A DNA stretch of 40,957 nucleotides, from the NCBI GenBank assembly GCA_052055015.1, contig JBQJIT010000049.1; one strand, written 5' to 3'. Position numbers and translations under genes: made by a program. This document shows, piece after piece, positions 9,933 to 23,073 of this stretch. This DNA comes from Malassezia furfur. Lineage: Eukaryota. The first letter of the stretch is position 1. Each line of letters starts with the position of its first letter. The notes under the pieces are model-generated. The model did not search any database. It worked only from the letters and a program-made list of their open reading frames with translations, and was not told where the DNA came from.

Positions 9933-12900
9933 CTAGTCGAGTCCGTCCTGCGTCACAAGCGCAATCATCGCACGCACCACTTGCTGGTTCGCGGGCGTGT
10001 ACAGTGCGTGGGCGTCCTCGACGCCCTGCTCGAGCGTCAGACTCAACAGCTGCCGCAGCTGGCGGCACAGGATGCCGATGCGTGCACTCGCCTTCATCTT
10101 GATCCATGCATCGGGGCCCGCCTCGCCGGACGTGGCAATTGTCAGGCCGCCATGCTCGTGGTCAACGTACAGCGCGCCGCCAAACAGCAGCAGGCCATAC
10201 AGCGGTGCCTCGGTCGCGTCGCGCAGGTAGGTGCGGTGCGTCGTATCGTTTGCACTCTTGCGGCACACCGCGACGTAGTTCGACTTGAACTGCGTCGCGT
10301 GGAACAGCATCGAGCTGGGATGCAGGAACACGCGGCCGTCGTGCTCGTCGATATAGTGCACCTCGCGCGCAACCGCCTCCTTGCGCACCGCACCGGATGA
10401 CGATGCATTGTACTTGGCCGCCGGCTGATCGACCCGCACCACCGACGGCCACAACGACGCGACGAGCAGCGCGCGCAACAGGTTCGTGTTGGTGCTCTGT
10501 GCGTCGAGCATGTGCGTGCCGTTGGCCTTGGGCCACTGCGCACCCTCTGCGCGCCACGTCTGCACATACTCGCGGTCCACAATCCCGAGCTCCTCGAGAC
10601 TCCGCAGGATGGTCGTGCGTGTCATGTCGACATCCTGCAGCGCTGCAAAGGACAGGCCATGCTGGGTGAGTTGCGCAACATACCGTCTCGCACCACGCCT
10701 TGACTTCGCGCAGCGGCTGCCGGTCGCGGCGCATGCCCAGGTACGTGGCATACAGGTGCGCATCGGTCAACAGATCACTGTTGCCCAGCACGTAGGCAGC
10801 GCGCGCTTTGGCTGCCTCCTCGTCGCGCTGTGCGGCGGCCGCGACGATCGAGCGACTGGCCAGCAGTGCGACAATGTGCAACAGCGGTTCCATGCAACCA
10901 AACAAGCTGCCCAGGACCAGCATCTTGCCCTCGCGCACATCCAGCGGAAGATTCGCCTGCGGTCAGTTACACCACGTACCAAGTGCTGCCCCAGCGGGGT
11001 GAGCGGTGCCGCATACCCCTTGCCATCCTGGATCGCGCCCGCCAAGACAAGCTTGCGGTGCGTCGCGGCCAAGGCATCCATCGACGGCGGATCAATGGCA
11101 CGCTCCAAGAAGGCCCGCACGTCGCCGTGCGGCTGAATCGACTTGACCTGCAGTACCACACCCTCGAGCGGCGTGCGCTGCATCTCCGGCACCGACTGTG
11201 CGGCCTGAACATGCTTCTCCACACCTCGCGAATACAGCTTGAAACATTCGCCGGCCATAGTGCGCCCCGCACGACCGGCACGCTGCTTGCATGCCGCACG
11301 CGATGCCCACGTCTCTTGCAGGCGCGTGACGCCGGCTGTCGCATCGTACTGGGCCTCGCGCACGCGACCCGTGTCAACCACGTAGCAAATCTCAGGGATG
11401 GTGATCGATGTCTCTGCCACATTAGTGGACACAACAATCTTGCGCTGGTTGCGCGCGACCGGTTGGAAGACGCGCCGCTGCTCGTTTGGCGCCAAATTGG
11501 CATGCAACGGAAGAACCACCGCACCCTCCAGCTGCAGTGACGCAATTGCATCCATCGCCCGCCGAATCTCACCCACACCGGGGCAGAACACGAGAATCGC
11601 GGCACGACCATGGAGCGTGCCCGTGAAGTCGACCTTCTCGGCGCGCTGCGCGGCCAGTGCCACGGTGCGGGCGAGGAACTCGTAGTCGATGCGCGATGAC
11701 GACACAAGCTGCCTCACGCTAGGTATGAGCGGTTCTGGCACGTTCGTTGCATCAAATAGCCGGTCAACTTTGTCGTTGGGTGTGGTGTGTGGCCGCGCAC
11801 TCTGGTAGTTGGCCAGACACACCACGTCCTCGAGGTAGTGCTCTTGTACGGGGAACGTGCGTCCGGGAATAAACATGTATGGTGCGCCGCCGAAGTACTC
11901 GATAAATGTCTCGGGGTTGATCGTTGCACTCATCAGCACCACGCGTAGCTTAGGGTTCTTTTTCAGGACATCGCGGAGTAGGAGCAGCAAAAAGTCCGAG
12001 TCGGTACTCCGTTCGTGCACCTCGTCGACAATCACATGCGACACACTCTCTAGCGCCGGGTCGCTGCCCGTCGCTAGGCGGCGGAGCAGAACACCCGTCG
12101 TAGAAAAGAGGATCCGACATGCCGACGATGCACGCCGCTCGCCACGGATCGCATAACCGACATTCGCGCCCGCTTCCACGTCGCGGTCAAGCGACTCGCC
12201 ACGCTCCGCAGCGACACGTGCTGCGACACCCATGGCCGAGACACGCCGTGGCTGGGTCACGACAATGCTGCATTCACTGCCACGCCCGTGCTCAATGGCA
12301 TCGTCCAGCAAAAACTGTGGCACTTGTGTCGTCTTACCACACCCTGTTTCGCCGGCAATAAGCACAACTCGGCTCGAACGCACAGCATCGAGCAGCTTTT
12401 GCCGCGCCGCATAGGCAGGAAGCGACTCGCGCACGGGACCGATGCTTTCCTGGTATTTGAGCGAGGCGTGCAGCGACGACAGACGCTCCTGCAACGCTGC
12501 GTCCACTTGTGCATCGCGCTGCAAAGCACGCATGCGCCGCACAGTGCTTGGCTTGTTTTTGCTTGTCGAGGGCACCTGCGACGGCGTTGTTGTCGGCTCC
12601 GCACTGGTACTTGGCGAAGTTTCCACCAAATGCTCCATCACCTCGTCCAATGCCGGCGGTTCGTGTAGCATGCCAGGAAGCACGGCACGCAGCTCTTCCC
12701 AGATCGCAAATAACACACCTTCGCCGCTCTGATGGATGGCGTGTACTTCGCTGGACTTTTCTGCGTCATGCAGACATTGCATAGCATGTCGGGTCAATGC
12801 CAGGCGCAAAAAGGCAGGCAACGTTGTGCCCGTGACATAGATCGATGGAGGGCCCGAGTTGCCAGCAAGGTACGGAGACACGTCGTGGTCAACAAATCGC

Positions 12901-14315
12901 AACACAACCGGTGCGCCCTCGTGCTTTCCCAGCTCGAGTTCATAGTCACTGGGAGTAATCCGCTCACGGTCTGGCAGCGGGCGCACGTCGTCGACGAGTG
13001 CCTCCAGCACCGTGCGCTCATCCGCACGGCGCTGTGCCGCATCACTGCTGGCATCCAGGACATCTGCCTCCCACGCAGGCGCATTCACCAGCCGACGCAG
13101 CAGGACATCCAAAACTGCGCCCTCCCGCTGCGCCAGATTCCATTCAGGATGCTCCGATCGCACCTGTGCCAGAGCCTCGGCTGCAGCGCGCTGGGGGAAG
13201 CCAGCCTGGCGAACCAGTTTCTCGAGCGTCCAGCGATCCACCAGACTCTCTTGGTCGCCTCCCTTTGCTGCACTCGTTACGAACGATTCGGCAGACGCAG
13301 AGGGCCGCAGCGCGGGAGGCAGATCCTGCTCGGGGGTATACAGAACGAGGTATTCGATAGCCGCCTCACGGTCCGGCTGTGCGAGGATCGATGCCAGCAG
13401 GGGATGCGCACGGCGCAGGTTTGCCATAGCCGTTGCGTCCTGGGCCTTGGCGCGCGCCTCTTTCAGCCAGGCGAGCACGCGGCGAATGTAGCCGGGGCGC
13501 ACGCCAAGCTTCGTCAGTTCGCGCTCCAAAGTGGCCGTGTCAAGTCGCGGAGGCTCCACGGAAACTTCCGAAACGGCTCCTGCAAGATCCTCGTCGCGCA
13601 CTTCGTCCATCCGTGCACGAATGGTGGCTTCCACAAGTTCGCGAAGTGCGGGCGACATACGTACCTCCAAGGCACGCTGCCATGCCTTGCTCATAGGCCG
13701 GAGCGATGGGTCGTTCCGCTGTGCTTCGCGGACCTCGCGCTCCTTCTTGCGTGCCTCGCGCTCAGCATCGCGTTTCTGGAGGGCATCAAAAGGATCCGCT
13801 TCCCACTTCCAGCTGTCGCTCGCAGGTGCTTCCGCCTTGACCTTTTCCAGATCAAGCCAGTATTCACGAGGGCCGGGTGGGAGCATGCGATGCATACTCA
13901 GATGATTGTACAGACGGAACAGAACATACGTAGCCGCCCAGTGCTTAGCCTCGAGCGCCGAGGCACATGACAGCCGCGCGCCCTCCTCCGAAGGCTCCAT
14001 TCGCAGGGTATGTGGGTTTGATTTGTCCTGCTTATTTTCCTTGCGCAATGTGATCACACACGAGTATCCATTCTTGTGGTGCCGTGGGCTCACCTCTGGC
14101 TTCTCGAAGCCTGGCATTTTTTGAATCTTCTCGTACATCAGGTTCAGCGGCGTTTTTGATCCAGGCGGAAAGAGTTGTGCAGTGCCATCTTCGCGCACAG
14201 CCGTCTTGGGAGGAGGCTTGGGACCACCTCCCTTCACCCAGTCAGGTAGCGGCGCCGCCTTGGACGACGTCGCGCCGCTCGACTTGATCGCCGCGCTGCT
14301 CTTCTTGCGCGCCAT
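9933..14315 (-). CDS. DEAH-box RNA helicase, DHX57/DHX29/YLR419W(Ucp12)-like (1445 aa, 2 introns)
   Basis: Motifs GETGCGKTTQ, TQPRRVSA, DEVHERS, MSAT, STNVAETSITI and QRAGRAGR. Removing intron 10957-10979 (23 nt) restores LTPLGQHL/ANLPLDVREGKML. Removing intron 10662-10683 (22 nt) restores WCET/HGLS. The spliced length is a multiple of 3. Confidence 0.92.
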
Positions 14316-14345
14316 GGTGAATCGGGAGGATCGGGCTACTCCACA

Positions 14346-16826
14346 CTATGATTCCAGGTCGATACCAGTACGCGTCTTCCACATGGCCTCCTTGAGCCGC
14401 ATAATCTCCACCCACAGGCTTTCTTCCCATGTCAGCGTAGCCTTGTCGGCAATAGGACGGAAGGAACGACGAACAGTGCGTACACGTGCAGGCAGCGATG
14501 GCGGCGCGGTGGTGGGGCGGTGAGGGAGGGGTGGCGGAGGCATCGTCGAAGCAGGCGAGGTCGGCGAGCCCGGCGTCACCGACCGCATGGCATCGGTAGA
14601 GGAGGCTTCTGCCTTAATCGGACTTTCGGAGTTGGACTCGTGCTCGTGCCCGTCCGTGGGCACCTTAGGCATAGTGGGGTCGTCGCCTTTGTCCGTCTCG
14701 GCAAACACCGTCTCAGGCTCGGCATCTTTGCTTGCCTCTTCCGTAGTGGTCTCCTTTGCCTCATCAAACTCGTCTTCATCCTCGTCCTCCGTCGCGTCTC
14801 CGCGTGTTTCCTTCTTGTCGTCCTCGTCTGCGGGTTCCGCATTGACATCTGCGACATCTGCCTCTTTGGCGGGCTCTGTCGCGTCCTCTGCCTGCTCCTT
14901 GCGGATTTCTTCCACCTCTTCTTGGATCTCGTGGGCCTCTTTGGCACCCTGAACACCTTCATTCAGTGGACCCACCGTAGGTGAGCCTGGCACAATGCGC
15001 GTGCCTCCAACAAGGTCAGGAGACGATTTGCCCTCTAGGACAATCGCACGTTCGAGGGTACGCACGAACATCCAGAAGCCATACACAGCACGAAGGCGCT
15101 GGAGACAGTATTGCGTGCACACGAGGTACTTGTTCGAGCTGTCCGAAACACGGAAGTAGTGCGTAGGAATCGGAAGCCGCGAAGTATTCACCACGTTAGC
15201 CTCATTCACACTGCCACTGTCGTGCGCCTCGCTTCCAGGTCTGTCAATGTGGCTGACGCTCCTGCGCAGGGACTGGAATAGCGATGGAAGCGAGCGCCGA
15301 TGTTGCCCATCCTTGCTTGCACTCGTGTCCGAGTGCGGGGGATTCACGAGGGAAGTCAAATTCACCAATGACAGGCCACACATCGTACAAGGCGTCGGCG
15401 GCAGGTGGCCGTATTCGGCCCGAATCTTGGCCTCGTCCTCGATGACACCACCCCCAAAGATGGGCTCAATCACAAGCGAGCCATCCAGCATGGCGCTTGA
15501 CGCCTGGCGACGTGACAGCCAGTTGAGCCCAGGCGCATGATTAAAGCGCAGACAAGGCTCCGTGTCCTCTTCCTGTGCCCGCCGAATAAACGGCAACGAG
15601 GTCTGGTTTGAGAGCTGAACCAGCTGCTCCGCAGACGCAGGGAGGTGGGGGTAGTCTTTGTGCCGCACCGGAGTCGATTGACCAGACAGGGCCGGACTCA
15701 CGACGCCGCTGATGCCTCCGCCCATGCTCATCGACTGCGTGATCGCGGGATCAAGCGTCCAGTCCAGACCACGCTGGTGCAAACGCACGTACGGGTCAAG
15801 CTGGTATTGCAGCGAGCGGAGATACCGGATAAAGGCGATAAACTCTTGGTACGGCTGGATCTGGACGTATAATGTCCGGTCCATCGGCGCAGGAGCGGGT
15901 TCCGCCTTGGTAACGGACTCTTCCGGAGCCACTTCCTCCGGTGTTTGCTTTTCGAGTTTAAGTTGGAGGCTCTTCAACATCTCCTGTTGCTCCGCCAGCA
16001 CGCGTTCTGTATCCAAGAGACTCGCCTGCAACTGTGCGCTCTTCTCCTCGGCCCGCGCACGCTCCAAGCGCTCCACAGCCACCATCTTGTTTGCCTCGTT
16101 GAAAAGCGACGCACTCAGCTCCTCCAGCTCAGCCTCAATTCGAGTCTTGTCACTCTCGGCCTTGCCTCGCTGCGCGGTCTCGTCCAGGACACGGTCCATC
16201 ATGCGCTGCATTTCGGCCGTGACGTGCGCCTTTTCGACTAGCAGGCCGGTATTCAATGCAAACAGATGCTGTTCACGCTCCTTGTGCAGCTCGGCAATAT
16301 GAGTCGTGTGAGCAAGAATACGATTGTGCGCAATCGACAGCTCATCCTCAAGGTCTGAGATACGGTTAAAAGATGTCACCAACTTGGCATTCAGACCGGT
16401 GACCTGATTGCGTAAATCACGTTCGCGCTCTTCGGGTGACAGCTGCAGCAGAAAGTCGACAGGGTCCTCGCGCGAGTGCGAGACATCTTCGGACGACACA
16501 GCCGTAGACTTAGGTTCCGCCGCCGATTCTGGAGCGGTCTTCTCCGCGTTGGTTTCTGGAACCTCCGCGTCGGCATTCTCGGCTTTCACAGTCGCGGATT
16601 CCTCTCCTGTCGCTGGAACGGAGGACTCATCTTGCTCCTTCTCCGGATTTGTGGGGTCTTCGGAAGCTTGTTTGGTGTCGGCCTCAGTCTCTGTCGTTGT
16701 CGGCTCTGGCGCTTCGGGAGAATCAATCTCCTTTGGCTCTTCTGTGTTCAACGATTTACCCTTAGTGTCTTGCTCATCGGCTTTAGCATCGGACGCAGCT
16801 TTGCGTCCCTTATTGCCTCGCGCCAT
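14346..16826 (-). CDS. SEC2: Sec2-like Rab (Sec4) guanine nucleotide exchange factor (826 aa)
   Basis: Sec2 coiled-coil ELEELSASLFNEANKMVAVER, EEDTEPCLRF..APGLNWLSRR, and Cys pairs CTMCG...CTQYCLQRLRAV. Flanks are acidic and low-complexity. Confidence 0.85.
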   Translation of the reverse strand: MARGNKGRKAASDAKADEQDTKGKSLNTEEPKEIDSPEAPEPTTTETEADTKQASEDPTNPEKEQDESSVPATGEESATVKAENADAEVPETNAEKTAPESAAEPKSTAVSSEDVSHSREDPVDFLLQLSPEERERDLRNQVTGLNAKLVTSFNRISDLEDELSIAHNRILAHTTHIAELHKEREQHLFALNTGLLVEKAHVTAEMQRMMDRVLDETAQRGKAESDKTRIEAELEELSASLFNEANKMVAVERLERARAEEKSAQLQASLLDTERVLAEQQEMLKSLQLKLEKQTPEEVAPEESVTKAEPAPAPMDRTLYVQIQPYQEFIAFIRYLRSLQYQLDPYVRLHQRGLDWTLDPAITQSMSMGGGISGVVSPALSGQSTPVRHKDYPHLPASAEQLVQLSNQTSLPFIRRAQEEDTEPCLRFNHAPGLNWLSRRQASSAMLDGSLVIEPIFGGGVIEDEAKIRAEYGHLPPTPCTMCGLSLVNLTSLVNPPHSDTSASKDGQHRRSLPSLFQSLRRSVSHIDRPGSEAHDSGSVNEANVVNTSRLPIPTHYFRVSDSSNKYLVCTQYCLQRLRAVYGFWMFVRTLERAIVLEGKSSPDLVGGTRIVPGSPTVGPLNEGVQGAKEAHEIQEEVEEIRKEQAEDATEPAKEADVADVNAEPADEDDKKETRGDATEDEDEDEFDEAKETTTEEASKDAEPETVFAETDKGDDPTMPKVPTDGHEHESNSESPIKAEASSTDAMRSVTPGSPTSPASTMPPPPLPHRPTTAPPSLPARVRTVRRSFRPIADKATLTWEESLWVEIMRLKEAMWKTRTGIDLES

Positions 16827-16855
16827 ACTACACGGTGGTTGGGAGGACGGATTAG

Positions 16856-19217
<2,362 letters not shown>

Positions 19218-19260
19218 GGTGCGCGTCGCGTCGCGTAACGTGTTCGATGACATAAGCTAC

Positions 19261-20273
19261 TTACAGGAGATCCCATTGCGCCGCCCACCGAGCCCAGACT
19301 TCGGAGGGCGTCGCATGCACGGCACTCGGATTGGCCGTGGACATCATCATAGGCATGGGTAGGGGACATATCCACTGCTCCTCCAATGTTGTTAATTTCG
19401 CCGTCGCATAGCGAGCTGGCAGGTATCCTGTTGAGGAGAGGGATTCCGTCGGTGGCTCGCGCGACGCAATCTGGTCCGCGTCGCGTATCCATTGGGGTAT
19501 ACTCTTTTTCTGACCAGGCGGACGACCCCGCTTTCGGCGTGGTTCGATCTCAAACTTGAGTCCCTGGCGATGAGCAGGCATGCCGAGCGAAACGAGGCGC
19601 TGGTACGCCTGGACATCCTCAGACTCGGTCTTGATGGCAGGAGGCGCCGGGGAATCAGACGAAGCCCGCGGCACTGGTGTGCGCTTTTTGGCTTCTGAGT
19701 TGGTATCTGTAGCCGGCTCAGATGTAGGCGTGGGTGCTTCGACTTTGCGGGGCACAGACTGCGCCGGTGCTGGTGGGTCCGGAACACGGACCGCCTCCGT
19801 CGTCTTGGGCCGGAATAATGCACCACTCTGTGCCGCTTTGGCGCGCTCCAGAAGTGCAGACTTGTCGAGGCGCGGTTCCTTGCGCTTGGGTTGTGTTTGT
19901 GGCTCCGATACGAGGCGAGGTTCCTTGCCTGGCGCTGGAGCACCCGTTGATTCGCGCCGTGTGCGGAGCCGCGGCATATCCTGCACGACGTTGCGGATCA
20001 TCCGCTCTGCTTGTGCAAATTTTTCTGGCGAGAGTCCCGACGAGCGCATCAGCTCTGTGCGTTGCAGCACATCTTTCCCGAGTCTGAGGGGTCAGCAAAA
20101 GAGACGTACACTTCGTTAGCGAGCCAGGCGCAGACGGCGGGTACGCCTGCATTGACTTCTTGTACACTTCGTGCATTCCCTTGGGTTTCCCAGATCTTTA
20201 CGCGATCAATAAAGAGGCGCGCCCGGTCGCGCACTGCGCGGTCGCCTTTGCACAGCTGGGCGAGCGCCGCCAT
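19261..20273 (-). CDS. Putative ORC6-like protein (N-terminal cyclin/TFIIB-like fold) with a disordered middle and an AT-hook-like motif (328 aa, 1 intron)
   Basis: Starts at ATG 20273. Intron 20084-20109 (26 nt, GTACGT...CTGAC CCCTCAG) joins ...GVPAVCAWLANEV to LGKDVLQRTELMRSSGLSPEKFAQAERMIRNVV, which resembles the Orc6 N-terminal pattern (C..LA...L ... SGL...f). The gene model is solid; the family call is by motif resemblance only. Confidence 0.55.
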
Positions 20274-20378
20274 GGCGGGGGAGCGAACAACCTCCACAAT
20301 CAGAGGTCGCCGCACCGCTCGTGCCTCCATCAGTGCCCTGTGCGGCAAATCTAGCACGGCACCGACAGGCCTTGCGCG

Positions 20379-22860
20379 ATGAAGTTCTACATCGATGACC
20401 TGCCGGTGCTCTTCCCATACCCCAGGATCTATCCTGAACAATATTCTTACATGGTGGACCTGAAACGGACACTGGATGTAAAAGGGCATTGTGTCTTGGA
20501 GATGCCTTCGGGCACCGGCAAAACGGTGTCCCTGCTCAGTCTGATCGTGAGCTACCAAAAAGTACGTCGCTTGCCTCACGCAGTTTTATCCGGAACAACG
20601 CAAACTGATCTACTGCTCCCGAACGGTGCCCGAGATCGAAAAGGCGCTCGCAGAGCTGAAGCGGCTCATGGCATACCGCGCGAAATACAACAAGGCGGCC
20701 AACATGGTCAACGCGGACGGCAATAGCATGGAGGTGGATGGCGAGGAGGAAGGCAAGTTGGAAGAGATCCTCGCGCTCGGGCTGAGTAGCCGCAAGAACA
20801 TGTGCATTCACCCGGTGGTGAGCCAACAGCGCAAGGGCAAAGTGGTGGACGCCATGTGCCGCGACATGACCAGTACGTGGGCGTGCAAAAAAGGCCGCGA
20901 AGAACCCGGGAGCGTGACGTTGTGTGACTACCATGAAGAGCTCGGCAAGCTGGAGCCCGGCCATCTCGTCCCGCCCGGTGTGTGGACGATTGAAGAGGTG
21001 AAGGAGTACGGTCGCGAACGGGGTGTCTGCCCCTACTTTGCGGTGCGGCGCATGATGCCGTTCTGTGATATTATCATTTACAGCTTCCACTACTTGCTTG
21101 ACCCCAAGGTCGCCGACCAGGTGTCCAAGGAGATGAGCAAAGACGCCATTGTGGTGTTCGACGAGGCGCACAACATCGACAACGTGTGCATTGAGTCGCT
21201 CAGTATCGACCTGACCCGCCCGACGCTCGACAATGCGTACCGGTGCATCAACCAGCTCGCCGAAAAAGTCGACGAGGTCAAGAAAGCCGACTCGTCCAAG
21301 CTCCAGGACGAGTATACGCGGCTCGTCGAAGGACTGCAGCAGCAGAGCGACGATCGCGAAGCTGAGACGTTCCTGGCAAACCCTGTGCTGCCCACTGACC
21401 TGCTACAGGAGGCGGTTCCGGGCAACATCCGCCGTGCCGAGCACTTTCTCGCATTCCTGCGGCGGTTCGTCGAGTACCTCAAGACGCGTATGCGTGTGCT
21501 GCATGTGGTTGCCGAAACCCCGGCAAGTTTCCTGCAGCACCTCAAAGAGATCACGTTCATCGAGCGCAAGCCGCTGCGGTTCTGTGCGGAGCGTCTGCGT
21601 ATGCTCGTGCAGACGCTCGAGTTGACGCGCATCGACGAGTACAGCTCGCTGCAGACAGTGGCGTTCTTTGCGACGCTCGTGTCTACCTATGACAAAGGCT
21701 TCTTGCTGATTCTCGAGCCGTTCGAGACGGAAAATGCGACGGTGCCGAACCCCATCTTCCACTTTACATGCCTCGACGCTAGCTTGGCGATTGCCCCCGT
21801 CTTTGAGCGGTTCAGCAGCGTAATCATCACGAGCGGGACCATTTCGCCTCTCGACATGTACCCCAAGATGCTCAAGTTTGACACGGTGTGCCAGGAGAGT
21901 TATACCATGACGCTTACGCGCCAATGTTTCCTGCCGCTCGTCGTGACGCGTGGCAGCGACCAGGTGGCGATCAGCTCGCGGTTCGAGGTGCGCAACGACC
22001 CTTCGGTGGTGCGCAACTACGGCAACATCCTGATCGAGTATGCCAAATGTGTTCCTGACGGTGTTGTGGCCTTCTTCCCCTCGTACTTGTACATGGAGAG
22101 CATTGTGGCCGCCTGGCATGACATGGGCATCCTCGACGAGGTGTGGAAGCACAAGCTGGTGTTTGTCGAGACGCCTGATGCTCCCGAAACGAGCATTGCG
22201 CTGGAAAACTTCCGGCGTGCCTGTGACAATGGGCGTGGCGCGATCCTTTTGTCGGTCGCGCGTGGCAAAGTGTCCGAAGGAATCGACTTTGACCACAACT
22301 ACGGGCGTGCCGTGATTATGTTTGGTGTGCCCTACCAGTACACCGAGTCGCGTATTCTCAAGGCGCGTTTGGAGTTTTTGCGCGACAACTTCCGCATCAA
22401 AGAAAACGACTTCTTGACCTTCGATGCGATGCGACACGCGGCGCAGTGCGTGGGACGCGTGCTGCGCGGTAAGTCGGACTACGGTCTGATGGTGTTTGCG
22501 GACAAGCGATTCGCGCGCGCAGACAAGCGCGCCAAGCTGCCAAAATGGATTGCACAATATATCCAGCCCGTGTGCAACAACCTGTCCATGGACATGGCAA
22601 TTGTCGAGAGCAAGCGGTTCATGCGTTCGATGGGACAGCCCTACCCTGCGGGCAAGAATGGGATTAGTCTATGGGATGTGGCGGACATTGAGCACCGCCA
22701 GGAGAAGGAGCGCATCGCGCTAGAGCGCCTCATGCAGGAGGACATGGATGAGTGGGTGTCCAAGCACCAGGACACGGCCGACGGCGACGACGATGGCCTC
22801 GCCGACGAGTTCGACCAAGCGTTTGGCTCCGGCGCGGAGCTCGCGGAGCTCGCGGCGTAG
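20379..22860 (+). CDS. RAD3: TFIIH helicase Rad3/XPD (ERCC2) (819 aa, 1 intron)
   Basis: [31 protein letters not shown], Fe-S cysteines, [10 protein letters not shown] and [13 protein letters not shown]. Removing intron 20562-20583 (22 nt) restores [23 protein letters not shown]. Confidence 0.98.
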
Positions 22861-22952
22861 CCCGATCCCGATAGCCACGTGCGTCCGGCCGGTGCGGTGG
22901 ACGCGCGTCACCGCATTGGCCAGTGTAATTAGTCAGCTGTGCAAGAACGTGC

Positions 22953-22997
22953 GAAAAAAAAGTGGAAAAAAAAAATCGAGGGCGGCGGCGGTATAAA
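22953..22997 (+). promoter_or_regulatory. Poly(A) tracts plus TATA box upstream of eEF3
   Basis: A-tracts at ~22953-22975 and TATAAA at 22992-22997, about 77 nt upstream of ATG 23074, in a GC-rich context. Confidence 0.55.
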
Positions 22998-23073
22998 GAG
23001 GACACGCGGCGGTTTTACAGGCTTCCCTGTCGTCAGCCGGACATCGACGTACATTAGTGTTTGGGCTCTTACT

